DNA of 33,808 nt from Patescibacteria group bacterium (GCA_038065375.1 JBBTRE010000062.1:1-33808); one strand, 5' to 3'; shown: positions 23,036 through 32,211, numbered from the stretch's first letter. Numbers and translations are program-made. The notes: a model not told the origin generated them from the letters alone.

Positions 23036-24637
23036 ATGAATAGTGGTAAGTGTCTTGAAGTGGTTGCAACGAATTTGCCTGCTTGCGCCGACATTATTCT
23101 GACTAAGGAAAGCTTGTCGTTGGTTGAATCGCTGACCAGAACTTATGGTGATGTGATTGAGCATCTGCTAGCGCAGAGAGTTTATCGTCAAAAGGAAATT
23201 AACGCGGGAAAGAAATTTGATTTTCTTCCGGAAACTGCCCATATTCGCAACGGAAAATGGAAAGCCGGACCGATTCCGGCCGATATTTTTGACAGAACGG
23301 TAGAAATGACCGGCCCGGCATCTTTAAGGAAAGGGCTGATTAACGGATTGAACTCCGGCGCGAATGTTTATATGGCGGACTCGGAAGATTCCGAATCTCC
23401 GACTTTTTCCGACATTCTTACCGGTCAGTGGAATCTGCGGGACGCGGTCCGGAAAACCATCACTTTTGAATCCGACGAGAAGAAATACCAGCTGGAGGAA
23501 AAGACCGCGGTTTTGATGTATCGTCCGCGCGGTCTGCATTTGCCGGAAAAGCATGTTTTGGTGGACGGCGAGCCGGTACCGGCCTGGATTTTTGATGTGG
23601 CGATGTTTTTGGCGCACAACGCCAAGGAGTTGCTGAATCAGGGAATTACGCCCTGCCTTTATACTCCGAAAACCGAGAGCTATCTGGAAGCCAGATTGAT
23701 TAATGATATTTTGGAGCGCATTGAGTATCTTCTCGGTCTGCCGAAAAATTCCGTCAAAGTTACGGTTTTGATTGAGACCATTTCTGCTGTTTTTGAGATG
23801 CATGAAATTATCTGGGAACTGCTCGGACGAATCGTTGGTCTGAATTGCGGCCGGTGGGATTATTTGTTCAGTTTGCAGAAGAAGTTTTTTCTGTTTCCGG
23901 AATTTGTTTTGCCGGATCCGGGCGACCTTGGAATGGATCAGTGGTTTTTGACGGCATATTCCTGGCTCCTGATTCAAACTTGTCACCAACGTGGGATCCT
24001 CGCGATGGGTGGTATGGCGGCTCAGATTCCATCTAAGGATGAAGCGGTCAATGCCCTCGCGACGGAGAAAATCAATCAAGATAAAGAGCGGGAAGCGAAG
24101 GCGGGACATGACGGCACCTGGGTGGCTCATCCGAAATCGGTGAAGCCGGCCCTACTGAAGTTTAGAGCATTTATGCCTGGCCCCAATCAGCTCCATGTTC
24201 TTAGAGAGGACGTGGTGGTGACGGCGGCTGATCTGTTGGCTGTTCCTAAAGGGAAAATCACGGAAAAGGCGACCCGCCAGATGTACCGGATTTTGTTGAT
24301 GTATCTGGAGGGTTGGTTGCGAGGCGTCGGCGCCGCGGCGTTGGAAAATTTGATGGAAGACGTGGCGACGGCCGAGAAGAATCGCGTTTGTCTGTCCGCT
24401 CGCCTGAAGCACAAAGTAAAACTTGAAGAAGGCGGAAGATTGGACGCGCGTAAGATGCAGAAAATTATGAAGACGGAAAATCTCCAATTCAGGGGCGGGA
24501 AGTATCCACTCGCGAAAAAGTTGGTTAGAAGAATGATCTTCGCCAAGCGTCTGCCGGAGTTTTTGACACTGGTGGCCTACGAGCATATACTTTCCGTTAG
24601 AAACTTGAAAGGGGATTCAAATGACCGAACCCAATGA
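23036..24637 (+). CDS. aceB: malate synthase A
   Basis: Collinear with my recollection of E. coli AceB: RPRGLHLPEKHV, LIETISAVFEMHEI, GLNCGRWDY, AMGGMAAQIPSKDE, HDGTWVAHP. ATG 23036 is preferred over tracked start 22886, which spans the nrdJ terminator. Confidence 0.9.
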   Translation: MNSGKCLEVVATNLPACADIILTKESLSLVESLTRTYGDVIEHLLAQRVYRQKEINAGKKFDFLPETAHIRNGKWKAGPIPADIFDRTVEMTGPASLRKGLINGLNSGANVYMADSEDSESPTFSDILTGQWNLRDAVRKTITFESDEKKYQLEEKTAVLMYRPRGLHLPEKHVLVDGEPVPAWIFDVAMFLAHNAKELLNQGITPCLYTPKTESYLEARLINDILERIEYLLGLPKNSVKVTVLIETISAVFEMHEIIWELLGRIVGLNCGRWDYLFSLQKKFFLFPEFVLPDPGDLGMDQWFLTAYSWLLIQTCHQRGILAMGGMAAQIPSKDEAVNALATEKINQDKEREAKAGHDGTWVAHPKSVKPALLKFRAFMPGPNQLHVLREDVVVTAADLLAVPKGKITEKATRQMYRILLMYLEGWLRGVGAAALENLMEDVATAEKNRVCLSARLKHKVKLEEGGRLDARKMQKIMKTENLQFRGGKYPLAKKLVRRMIFAKRLPEFLTLVAYEHILSVRNLKGDSNDRTQ

Positions 24638-26111
24638 TTACCCATGGACTTCGGAACGCTGGAAGGAAATCAAGCGAAATTACACTTGGAAAGATGTCGA
24701 GAGGATTCGCGGCACTTTGCCGATTACTTGGACGCTTGCTCAGATTGGAGCGGCCCGGCTTTGGCAGTTACTGAATGGTTCTATGCCGGTTCGCGCCTTG
24801 GGCGCCATGACCGGTCTACAGGCCTCTCAGATGGTGAAAGCCGGTCTGAAAGCGATTTATGTCAGTGGTTGGCAGACGGCGGCGGACGCTAACTCCGCCC
24901 GGGAGACTTATCCCGACGTGAGCGTTTATCCGGTGGATAGCGTTCCGCTGTTGGTAGATAGAATTAATCGCGCCCTGCGGAAAGATGATTTGATTCAGCA
25001 TTCCGAGGGCAAGAGTGACCTGAATTTCTTTGTTCCGTTGATGGCCGACGCTGAATCCGGATGGGGTGGCAAGACTAACCCCTTTGAGCTGATGAAGCAT
25101 ATGATTGAAGCGGGCGCCTCCGGTGTCCACTTTGAAGATCAACTCGGTTCGGAAAAGAAATGTGGCCATATGGGCGGTAAGGTACTGGTTCCGACCAGTA
25201 TATTTATTTCTGCCCTGCTGGACGCGAGATTAGCGGCGGACGTTCAGGGTGTCGACACTATTATCGTTGGACGCACCGACGCGGAAGCGGCTACTCTCCT
25301 GACCTCTGAAATTGATGATCGCGACAAGCTCTGGATTTTGGGAACCAACGACGCCGATGGTAAAGAAATGACCTACAGCGAAGCCAGAGAGCTTGGTTTG
25401 ACTTCCGAATGGACAGCCAAGGGAGTGACCGGTTCCTGGACGCCTCTTCGGACTTCGGAGGGCTACTATCGGATCCGCTGTGGTTTGAAAGCGGCCGCTG
25501 CCCGGGCGATTGCTTACGCTCCGTACTGCGACATGCTTTGGATGGAAACTAAGAGCGCTGATCTGGATGAAGCGCGGGAGTTCGCGGAACTGGTTCATAA
25601 GGAATATCCGGGGAAGCTGTTGATGTATAACTGCTCTCCTTCGTTCCCTTGGACTAAGGATTTCGCCAAGAAGTACGGTTTGGATCCCGAGAAGAAGCAG
25701 GATCGGCAGATTCTGGAAGGTCTCTTTGAGAGTTTCCAGGATGAGTTGTATAAGATGGGTTACAAGTTCGTTTTTGTGACTCTTGCCGGTTATCACGCGC
25801 TGACCCATTCAATGTTTAAATTGGCGCGCGGTTATCGGAATCGCGGGATGGCGGCTTATGTGGAGTTGCAGGATGAAGAGTTCGCTCTGGAGAAATCGGA
25901 TGGTTTTACCGCTGTCCGTCATCAGAGAGAAGTCGGCACCGGTTACTACGACAAAGTTGCCAAGATTAATTCCGGAGGCCAGTCGTCTACTTTGGCGATG
26001 GAGGGCTCTACGGAAGAAAGATTCCACAAACAAGAAGTCAAAGAAACGCCACCGGCTCCGCCGCCCGCCCTTTCAGATGGCGCGTCGCCGGTCGTTGAAG
26101 GACAGAGTTGA
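24621..26111 (+). CDS. aceA: isocitrate lyase
   Basis: KKCGHMGGKVLVP signature, SGWQ, NCSPSF, EVGTGYYD. Overlaps aceB by 17 nt. Pro/Ala-rich C-terminal extension. Confidence 0.9.
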   Translation: MTEPNDYPWTSERWKEIKRNYTWKDVERIRGTLPITWTLAQIGAARLWQLLNGSMPVRALGAMTGLQASQMVKAGLKAIYVSGWQTAADANSARETYPDVSVYPVDSVPLLVDRINRALRKDDLIQHSEGKSDLNFFVPLMADAESGWGGKTNPFELMKHMIEAGASGVHFEDQLGSEKKCGHMGGKVLVPTSIFISALLDARLAADVQGVDTIIVGRTDAEAATLLTSEIDDRDKLWILGTNDADGKEMTYSEARELGLTSEWTAKGVTGSWTPLRTSEGYYRIRCGLKAAAARAIAYAPYCDMLWMETKSADLDEAREFAELVHKEYPGKLLMYNCSPSFPWTKDFAKKYGLDPEKKQDRQILEGLFESFQDELYKMGYKFVFVTLAGYHALTHSMFKLARGYRNRGMAAYVELQDEEFALEKSDGFTAVRHQREVGTGYYDKVAKINSGGQSSTLAMEGSTEERFHKQEVKETPPAPPPALSDGASPVVEGQS

Positions 26112-26128
26112 GGTTAGGAAGACAACAC

Positions 26129-26156
26129 AAGCCACCCAGTTTGGGTGGCTTTTTTT
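26129..26156 (+). terminator. intrinsic terminator
   Basis: Stem GCCACCCA/TGGGTGGC followed by T7. Confidence 0.8.
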
Positions 26157-26157
26157 G

Positions 26158-26186
26158 TTGACATTTTTTGTCCAATATATTAGGAT
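26158..26186 (+). promoter_or_regulatory. candidate promoter
   Basis: TTGACA-17 nt-TAGGAT. Confidence 0.45.
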
Positions 26187-26216
26187 ATTTCTAGTTAATT
26201 TGGCGAGGAGGCGAAG

Positions 26217-26411
26217 GTGAGCCTGAAAGCAACCCTTGTTTTGATCGTTTGCTATGTCGTGGCAAAGTTTATTGCCTTGGGTATTGGCATGAATCTAAAT
26301 GCTCAGTATCCGTTCTGGAAGGTGCTGCTATATAATTCGATGTTTCTTTCTGCAGGTGTCGTGTATGGGATGATAGTTGGTTGGAAGAATGCCAAGGAAG
26401 ATAAAGAGTAA
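26217..26411 (+). CDS. small hypothetical membrane protein (2 TM)
   Basis: GTG start after GAGGAGG. Hydrophobic. A terminator follows. Confidence 0.45.
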   Translation: MSLKATLVLIVCYVVAKFIALGIGMNLNAQYPFWKVLLYNSMFLSAGVVYGMIVGWKNAKEDKE

Positions 26412-26420
26412 TAAAAACAA

Positions 26421-26447
26421 AATCCCGGTTTAGGTCGGGATTTTTTT
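26421..26447 (+). terminator. intrinsic terminator
   Basis: Stem AATCCCG/CGGGATT followed by T7. Confidence 0.8.
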
Positions 26448-26498
26448 ATTTCAGTGTAATGAATTAAAAATCTCGTTTCCCTCCGGGTTGTGGTTAGT

Positions 26499-26536
26499 TT
26501 TGTGGAGTATCTCACGGCCGTTAGATACTCCACAAA
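26499..26536. other. 14-bp perfect hairpin without a terminator context
   Basis: TTTGTGGAGTATCT-10 nt-AGATACTCCACAAA. No T-run on either strand. Confidence 0.4.
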
Positions 26537-26620
26537 CGGAATAAGATGGCGCGGGTGGCTTTTTTGACATAGCACTAAAGTTTAGTTACCATCCTTTTGG
26601 TTCTTAGAGAGGGAGAGTAA

Positions 26621-26752
26621 ATGAAATCGGTAATTGCCTTTTTTGTTTGTTACGTCCGGATGGGTATTGGGTTTTCTCTCTACCTTGGAATCAAAAAAGA
26701 AAGAATCAAAAGAACCCCGCGTTTAGCGGGGTCTTTTATTACTAATCACTAG
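26621..26752 (+). CDS. possible 43-aa degenerate paralog of the 26217 gene (may be a pseudogene)
   Basis: GGGAGAG RBS. MKSVIAFFVCYVRMGIGF resembles LVLIVCYVVAKFIALGIGM. The ORF runs through a terminator hairpin, which argues against function. Confidence 0.25.
   Translation: MKSVIAFFVCYVRMGIGFSLYLGIKKERIKRTPRLAGSFITNH
26714..26740. terminator. bidirectional terminator (probably serves the LOG gene on the minus strand)
   Basis: Stem ACCCCGC/GCGGGGT with a T-run on the + side and an A-rich tract upstream (T-rich on the minus strand). Confidence 0.6.
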
Positions 26753-26804
26753 CTCCGACGCTACTGGTCGGAGAGCCGACTTCCGACGTCGGCTTCGCTC
26801 GTGC

Positions 26805-27527
26805 CTATTTTAATTCCTCCCTCGGCTTGGATTTTTTAACAATCTCAAAAGCTTCTTTAGCTGTATCAACAATTTTGTAAAGTTTCAGATCTTCCAGATC
26901 AATCGTCGCGTATTGGTCTACTAGTTTCTTTTTCATCCAGCTGTCCAGATCACCCCAAAAATCTTTTCCCACCAAGACAATCGGAATTTTATCGTGAATT
27001 TTTCTGGTTTGCACCAGAGTCAGAATTTCCAATAATTCATCCAGCGTTCCATAGCCACCCGGAAAGAAGACATATGCTTGAGCAGAATAGGCGAGCATTA
27101 CTTTCCTGGTGAAGAAGTAGTAGAAGCCATGCCCTTTGGTGACATAAGGATTAATGCGTTGTTCATACGGAAGCTGGATATCAATCCCGATGGAGTCGCC
27201 GCCGGCTTCGTAGGCGCCGCGGTTGCCGGCTTCCATGATGCCCGGTCCGCCGCCTGTTATGACGCTAAATTTCGCCTTGGCGAGCATTTTGGCGAGCTCT
27301 CGGGCAATTTTATACCACCGATTATCTTCGGCGAAACGGGCCGAGCCAAAGAAGGTGACTGCTTTTTTGATATCGCCGAGAAATTGAAAGCCATCAACGA
27401 ACTCCGCCATTATTCGGAATACCCGCCAGTGGAAAGAGTGCCGCCAATCATGCGGATGGGGATTAATCGGTAGATGTTTTGCCGGGACCAGGACGTTCTT
27501 TTTTTCGCTAAGTTTTTTGTTTTTCAT
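26805..27527 (-). CDS. LOG family (TIGR00730) nucleotide phosphoribohydrolase-like protein
   Basis: GGGPGIMEA and PGGYGTLDEL motifs. Start chosen at ATG 27527 (MKNKKL). Confidence 0.85.
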   Translation of the reverse strand: MKNKKLSEKKNVLVPAKHLPINPHPHDWRHSFHWRVFRIMAEFVDGFQFLGDIKKAVTFFGSARFAEDNRWYKIARELAKMLAKAKFSVITGGGPGIMEAGNRGAYEAGGDSIGIDIQLPYEQRINPYVTKGHGFYYFFTRKVMLAYSAQAYVFFPGGYGTLDELLEILTLVQTRKIHDKIPIVLVGKDFWGDLDSWMKKKLVDQYATIDLEDLKLYKIVDTAKEAFEIVKKSKPREELK

Positions 27528-27534
27528 TATTGTT

Positions 27535-27543
27535 ATTTTATCA
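27535..27543 (-). promoter_or_regulatory. extended -10 promoter (leaderless geometry)
   Basis: Minus strand: TGaTAAAAT, then 7 nt, then ATG at 27527. Confidence 0.5.
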
Positions 27544-27582
27544 TATTTCGGTCTATAATATAATAAATATGGCACTACACTT

Positions 27583-28299
27583 ATGTCTACAATACTTAAA
27601 GTTCAAGACCTCCGCGTAGTTTTTGGCAGCCAGGTTATCTTAAAAAACCTTTCTTTTGAGGTTAACCAAGGGGAGGTTTTGGCTGTTTTGGGTCCGAATG
27701 GCGCCGGTAAAACGGTGCTTTTCCGGGCTCTATTGGGCTTAGTTCCTATTGAGGGCGTGGTGGAATGGTTAAAAAATATTAAAATCGGTTATGTGCCGCA
27801 AAAGCTAGCCGTATCGCGGGATTTACCGCTTAGTGTTCTGGATTTTCTGAAACTTAAGGAATCTTCCGTGGCCGAGATTGACGAAGCCCTACGATCGGTT
27901 GGCTTTATAAAAAACGACAGTGATCATCAGGCGCGCCAGAATTTGCTGAACGCGCGGGTCGGTGAATTGTCCGGCGGACAGTTCCAGAGAGTGATGATCG
28001 CTTACGCGCTAATCAATCATCCCGATGTTTTACTTTTTGATGAACCGACTACCGGAATTGATTTGGGCGGTGAGGAAACTATCTATGCTCTCTTGGAAAA
28101 ACTTCACAAAGATCATAAGCTGACGATTATTTTAATTACTCATGATCTTAACGTTGTTTATCGCTATGCCAGTAAAGCCCTTTGTTTGAATCGGGAGAAG
28201 GTCCATTTCGGCTCTCCGAAAGAAATCCTTAGTTCGCAGGTGTTGGAAGATTTATACGGCGCTAAAGTAGGTTTATACACCCATGATCACCAGCATTGA
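27583..28299 (+). CDS. metal (Zn/Mn-type) ABC transporter ATP-binding protein
   Basis: Walker A GPNGAGKT, signature LSGGQFQR, Walker B LLLFDEP. ZnuC-like size. Confidence 0.85.
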   Translation: MSTILKVQDLRVVFGSQVILKNLSFEVNQGEVLAVLGPNGAGKTVLFRALLGLVPIEGVVEWLKNIKIGYVPQKLAVSRDLPLSVLDFLKLKESSVAEIDEALRSVGFIKNDSDHQARQNLLNARVGELSGGQFQRVMIAYALINHPDVLLFDEPTTGIDLGGEETIYALLEKLHKDHKLTIILITHDLNVVYRYASKALCLNREKVHFGSPKEILSSQVLEDLYGAKVGLYTHDHQH

Positions 28300-29065
28300 T
28301 TCTAATTTATTAACCAGCTTGGTTGTTGGCGTAGCCGTCGGCGCCGCTTCGGCTTACCTCGGATCGCTGATGGTTTTGAAGCGGCTTTCTTTGGTTGGTG
28401 ACGCGCTATCGCACGTGGCTCTTCCCGGTATCGGTATCGCGCTCACTTACAGCATTAATCCTTTTCTCGGGGCTTTCGCCGCTTTAGCGATCGGGGTTTT
28501 CCTTATCTGGTCTATTGGAGAAAAAACGGAAATACCGGCCGAGGCGATTGTTGGAGTGATTTTTGCCGTTTCGCTAGCAGTCGGAATTTTAATCACTCCC
28601 GAGCCAGAACTCTTAGAAGCATTGTTCGGAGATATCTCCAAGGTTAATTTGATGGATGCGGTATTGGGCGTGACGTTATCAGTCGTGGTGATGGCGGTTA
28701 CCTTGTTGATTAGGAAAAAGTTGGTTTTAGAACTACTTTCTACTGATCTCGCGAAATCACAAGGTGTCCGTACTCGTCTTTGGAATTTCGTTTTCTTGAT
28801 GATGGTTGCCGTTGTTGTAGCTTTGGGTGTGAAGGTAGTTGGAACCTTGTTGATGGGCGCGCTGGTGATTATTCCGGCTGCCGCTTCTAAAAATTTGGCT
28901 CGTAATTTTTCTTCGTATGGGGCGCTCAGCCTTTTCTTTGGAGTTACAAGCGCGGTTGCCGGTGTTCTACTAGCATTTACCTTTGGCATTCCACCGGGCC
29001 CGATGGTGGTTCTATCTAGTGGAGCGATTTTCATCCTTTCCTTGTTTGCTAAAAGATCGGTTTAG
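28283..29065 (+). CDS. metal ABC transporter permease (ABC-3 family, ZnuB-like)
   Basis: Overlaps the ATPase gene. About 8 TM segments. VGDALSHVALPGI motif. Confidence 0.85.
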   Translation: MITSIDSNLLTSLVVGVAVGAASAYLGSLMVLKRLSLVGDALSHVALPGIGIALTYSINPFLGAFAALAIGVFLIWSIGEKTEIPAEAIVGVIFAVSLAVGILITPEPELLEALFGDISKVNLMDAVLGVTLSVVVMAVTLLIRKKLVLELLSTDLAKSQGVRTRLWNFVFLMMVAVVVALGVKVVGTLLMGALVIIPAAASKNLARNFSSYGALSLFFGVTSAVAGVLLAFTFGIPPGPMVVLSSGAIFILSLFAKRSV

Positions 29066-29074
29066 GCATTAACA

Positions 29075-29106
29075 AATCCCCCTCGCTAAGAGGGGGATTT
29101 TCTTTT
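29075..29106. terminator. bidirectional intrinsic terminator
   Basis: 9-bp stem AATCCCCCT/AGGGGGATT followed by a T-run. Lies between convergent genes. Confidence 0.8.
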
Positions 29107-29114
29107 ATCAGATC

Positions 29115-29594
29115 TTATTTAGCTGTCTTTATCGGCGGATAAAGTTCTTTGTCTATCTTACGGTCAAAGCAGACATTGCCTTCGGTGTGCTGCCAGCTTT
29201 CTTGCCCATAATATGTCGGATAACGAGCTGGGGGCATTGGTTTGATGCTACCGTTCAGGTCGGAGACCGAAGATCCCAAGGCTGGTTTGGCGAATACCGC
29301 GCACAGCTTGAAGCTTTGCGTTCCGGTTGTCTGGTAGGTGTAAGTCTCTCCGGTGGTTGGGTCTTGCGGCACATGGAAGCCGCGGATGTCGTCGTTGAGT
29401 TCCACGAGGGTCTTCGGCAAGCGCGCTTTATTAATCCAGAAGTTCAGAATTTCCGATTGGATCATCTGCAAGTCGGAAACGCGCTGGCTATCTTGCTGGA
29501 GAAGACGGGCGTAATTCGGCGAGCCCACTATAAAGAATCCGGCCACAATGGTGGCGGTAACGGCGGCAATGATTGTGTAGGCGTAGTATTTCAT
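29115..29594 (-). CDS. hypothetical membrane-anchored protein with a pilin-like globular region
   Basis: N-terminal TM without a G|FTLIE site. QQDSQRVSDLQMIQSEILNFW...LP resembles the pilin alpha1-C region. FKLCAVF. Confidence 0.5.
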   Translation of the reverse strand: MKYYAYTIIAAVTATIVAGFFIVGSPNYARLLQQDSQRVSDLQMIQSEILNFWINKARLPKTLVELNDDIRGFHVPQDPTTGETYTYQTTGTQSFKLCAVFAKPALGSSVSDLNGSIKPMPPARYPTYYGQESWQHTEGNVCFDRKIDKELYPPIKTAK

Positions 29595-29599
29595 AAGGG

Positions 29600-30076
29600 T
29601 TACTCGGCTTTTTTATTTCTTAATTCCCAGAGATAGTATCCAAAAATATTGCCGGCCACAAAGAAGACTGCTAATACTTTCAGAAGGAAGCGGAAGGTTA
29701 GTTCACCGTTGAGCAAGTTATTTATCAGGGTTACCAGGTCGCCGATGATGATTAGCGAAGCGGCAAATAAAGTGAAGTAGACCAGCCATTTGCGAATCCA
29801 GATTTTCCGGCGCGCCGGTGTTTTGTCGTAGCTTTTATTCAAGAACCAAACGCTAGCGATGTAGACCGGGAAAACGATTATTAGGGAGGAAATAGACCAG
29901 CGGATAGCGGTCATTGAGGATTGAAAAGCGTAGTAGTTGCCATCAATGGTGGCGTCGGGGAGTAAGACGTTAATATACTGAAAAATTAGCACTAAAAAGG
30001 CGATTCCGCTGGCATAGAGAGCAACGATAGACAAAAGGTGCAAGAACACATCTTTGGGGGAGGTTTTTGATTCCAT
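29600..30076 (-). CDS. DUF5671-like polytopic membrane protein
   Basis: N-terminus SPKDVFLHLLSIVALYASGIAFLVLIFQYINVLLPD and 4 TM segments. The family assignment is from memory. Confidence 0.55.
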   Translation of the reverse strand: MESKTSPKDVFLHLLSIVALYASGIAFLVLIFQYINVLLPDATIDGNYYAFQSSMTAIRWSISSLIIVFPVYIASVWFLNKSYDKTPARRKIWIRKWLVYFTLFAASLIIIGDLVTLINNLLNGELTFRFLLKVLAVFFVAGNIFGYYLWELRNKKAE

Positions 30077-30083
30077 TCTATTT

Positions 30084-30092
30084 ATGATAACA
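30084..30092 (-). promoter_or_regulatory. extended -10 promoter (leaderless geometry)
   Basis: Minus strand: TGtTATCAT, then 7 nt, then ATG at 30076. Confidence 0.45.
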
Positions 30093-30117
30093 CAAAACCT
30101 CCCGAAATGGGAGGTTT
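30093..30117 (-). terminator. intrinsic terminator overlapping the stop of the upstream gene
   Basis: Stem AACCTCCC/GGGAGGTT followed by TTTTGTGT on the minus strand. Confidence 0.7.
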
Positions 30118-30568
30118 ATTTTTTGAACTTCCAAGGTTTGAGCTGACTGGCGATGCCCATGGCGAGCGCGATAATAATTAGATTCTTGATAATGTATTGG
30201 CCTTCCAGGGTCGGGACGGCGAACGAGCTCCAGGCGATAGCCGGTAGTAGGATCAGCGGCATCGCGGTCGTCATCATATGCGGAACCAGCAATAGAATCG
30301 CCAATCTTTCCAGATGGGGGATAATGAAACTTATACCAATCAACATCTCAAAGATTCCCAACCCGATAATGAATTGAGAAAAGCTGATGAAGGGCATCGT
30401 TTTATTCAGCAAATTTTCCACCAGCGGGTTAGCCGGGCTGCTATCAAAGAGCTTGAGAATTCCGAATCCGAAAAATACCACGAATAAGGCCAGGCGAGAG
30501 AAAGCCGGAAAGACCAGTTGAATCTTTGAAATAATCTGACGGTCAATTTTCTCTAGGAATGATGCCAT
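30116..30568 (-). CDS. DoxX/YkgB-like small polytopic membrane protein
   Basis: 4 TM segments. 4 nt downstream of the FAD oxidase gene, so probably an operon. The family call is tentative. Confidence 0.5.
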   Translation of the reverse strand: MASFLEKIDRQIISKIQLVFPAFSRLALFVVFFGFGILKLFDSSPANPLVENLLNKTMPFISFSQFIIGLGIFEMLIGISFIIPHLERLAILLLVPHMMTTAMPLILLPAIAWSSFAVPTLEGQYIIKNLIIIALAMGIASQLKPWKFKK

Positions 30569-30572
30569 GGTC

Positions 30573-32204
30573 TTATTTCTCCGCTAGGTGTTCCATAGAG
30601 TAGTTTACATCAATATCCACTTTTTTGCCCGGGTTGAAGATGTTATGCGGGTCAAATATCTGTTTAGCTTTTTTAAACAGGGAAACAACCTTTTTACCGT
30701 ACATATTTTCCAGGAAGGGGGTCCTGATCAATCCGTCGTTGTGTTCGCCGCTCATGGAGCCACCGAACTCAAAAACCAAGTCGTAAACTTTTTTGGAGAG
30801 TTCTGGAATGATCTTCCGAGACTCCGGATCGGCCATATCCATCAAGGGGATGATGTGGAAATTCGCATCGCCAATGTGGCCGTTGATGGTGTAGATTAAT
30901 TTATATTCCGACATAATTTTATTGAGACGCGGCAAAAATTCCGGCAATTGGTCCGGACGGACGGCCATATCATCAATGAAGGGGGCGGTGTGCTTGCCCT
31001 TGATGTGATGCCTAAGGAGATTAAAACTTTCTCGGCGGATGACCCAGTACTTCTTTGATTCTTCTGCGGTTTTAGTGATTCGGCAGGAGATGTGAAATTC
31101 TCTCAGTGAAGTTTTAGCGTTCTGCGCTTTTCGGGTTACTTCTTCTTCCGAATCGCCGGTGAATTCGGCGATCAAAACCAACTTCGGCAATCCGCCGGTA
31201 AGAGTCATAAAAAATTCCGGGAGAAATTGCCAGGCCAGTTTGAAGATATTAGTTTTCAGTAATTTCACGAATTCCGGCAGAAAGCGCATGGCTAATTTGA
31301 GAGTGTTGTCGTCGTAAGATTCAAAACTTTCCGGCTTGTAGGCGAGGACGGTATTGGCGATCTTTGCCAGTGGCGCCAAATCTTTCAGGAAAATTGCCAG
31401 CATTTTAAAATGAGTTTTAGGTTTGATCAGCCGGAATTTAATCTCGGTTATTATACCCAGTGTTCCCTGTGAGCCCACTATTAGCTTATGAAGATTAAAA
31501 GTTTTTTTGTCCCAGATATTCCAAAGATAATAGCCGGAGGAGTTTTTGGAAACTTTCGGTTTTGCTTTCTGCAGAGCGTCATAGTTTTTATCCACTAGCT
31601 CAAAGATTTGTTTGTAAATTTTACCCTCCAGAGTGTCTTGAGAAGTTTTTTTCTTCAATTCTTTTGCGTCCAGCGGTTTGATTGTATATTCTTTCCCGTC
31701 CCTAAGAATTATTTTTAACTCCTCAACGTAATCTTCGGTTTTTCCATAGGCGAGAGTTTTTTCTCCTCCAGCATTGTTACTAACCATACCACCGACTGTG
31801 CAAATTTCTCGGGAAGCAGGATAGGAGGGCATCAGCCATCCTTTTGCTAGGGTCGCTTTCTCAAAATCCCGATAAAAAGCGCCCGGTTCGGTGACAGCAT
31901 AACCATCATCACTGACCGTTTTAATTCGGTTTAAATGCTTATTGACGTCCACAATGATGGATTCGCTGAGGGGGCCGCCGGTCATGCAGGTTCCACCGGA
32001 TCGGGCGGTTAAAGAAAGGCCTCTTTTTCGGTTACGGTCAACAAAATTGACCAGCTTGCCGATATCTTCCCGGGTTTTTGGAGACGCCACTAAAGATGGC
32101 TTGACCTGAAAAAGACTCGCGTCTCGGCTGTAAGTATCTAAAGTCGCCTCATCATCGGCTAATTCGCCACTAAAAAAAGATTTTATCTCGTCCTTAAGGT
32201 CCAT
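30573..32204 (-). CDS. FAD-linked oxidase/dehydrogenase (GlcD / D-lactate dehydrogenase superfamily)
   Basis: FAD_binding_4-like ARSGGTCMTGG and GGMVSNNAGGEK, plus an FAD-oxidase C-terminal region. Confidence 0.85.
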   Translation of the reverse strand: MDLKDEIKSFFSGELADDEATLDTYSRDASLFQVKPSLVASPKTREDIGKLVNFVDRNRKRGLSLTARSGGTCMTGGPLSESIIVDVNKHLNRIKTVSDDGYAVTEPGAFYRDFEKATLAKGWLMPSYPASREICTVGGMVSNNAGGEKTLAYGKTEDYVEELKIILRDGKEYTIKPLDAKELKKKTSQDTLEGKIYKQIFELVDKNYDALQKAKPKVSKNSSGYYLWNIWDKKTFNLHKLIVGSQGTLGIITEIKFRLIKPKTHFKMLAIFLKDLAPLAKIANTVLAYKPESFESYDDNTLKLAMRFLPEFVKLLKTNIFKLAWQFLPEFFMTLTGGLPKLVLIAEFTGDSEEEVTRKAQNAKTSLREFHISCRITKTAEESKKYWVIRRESFNLLRHHIKGKHTAPFIDDMAVRPDQLPEFLPRLNKIMSEYKLIYTINGHIGDANFHIIPLMDMADPESRKIIPELSKKVYDLVFEFGGSMSGEHNDGLIRTPFLENMYGKKVVSLFKKAKQIFDPHNIFNPGKKVDIDVNYSMEHLAEK

Positions 32205-32211
32205 CCTTTAC

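Noticed and set aside
27583-29065. ZnuCB-like transporter lacking an adjacent substrate-binding protein gene
   Set aside because: The SBP gene can be encoded elsewhere. This is not unusual enough to flag without the whole genome.
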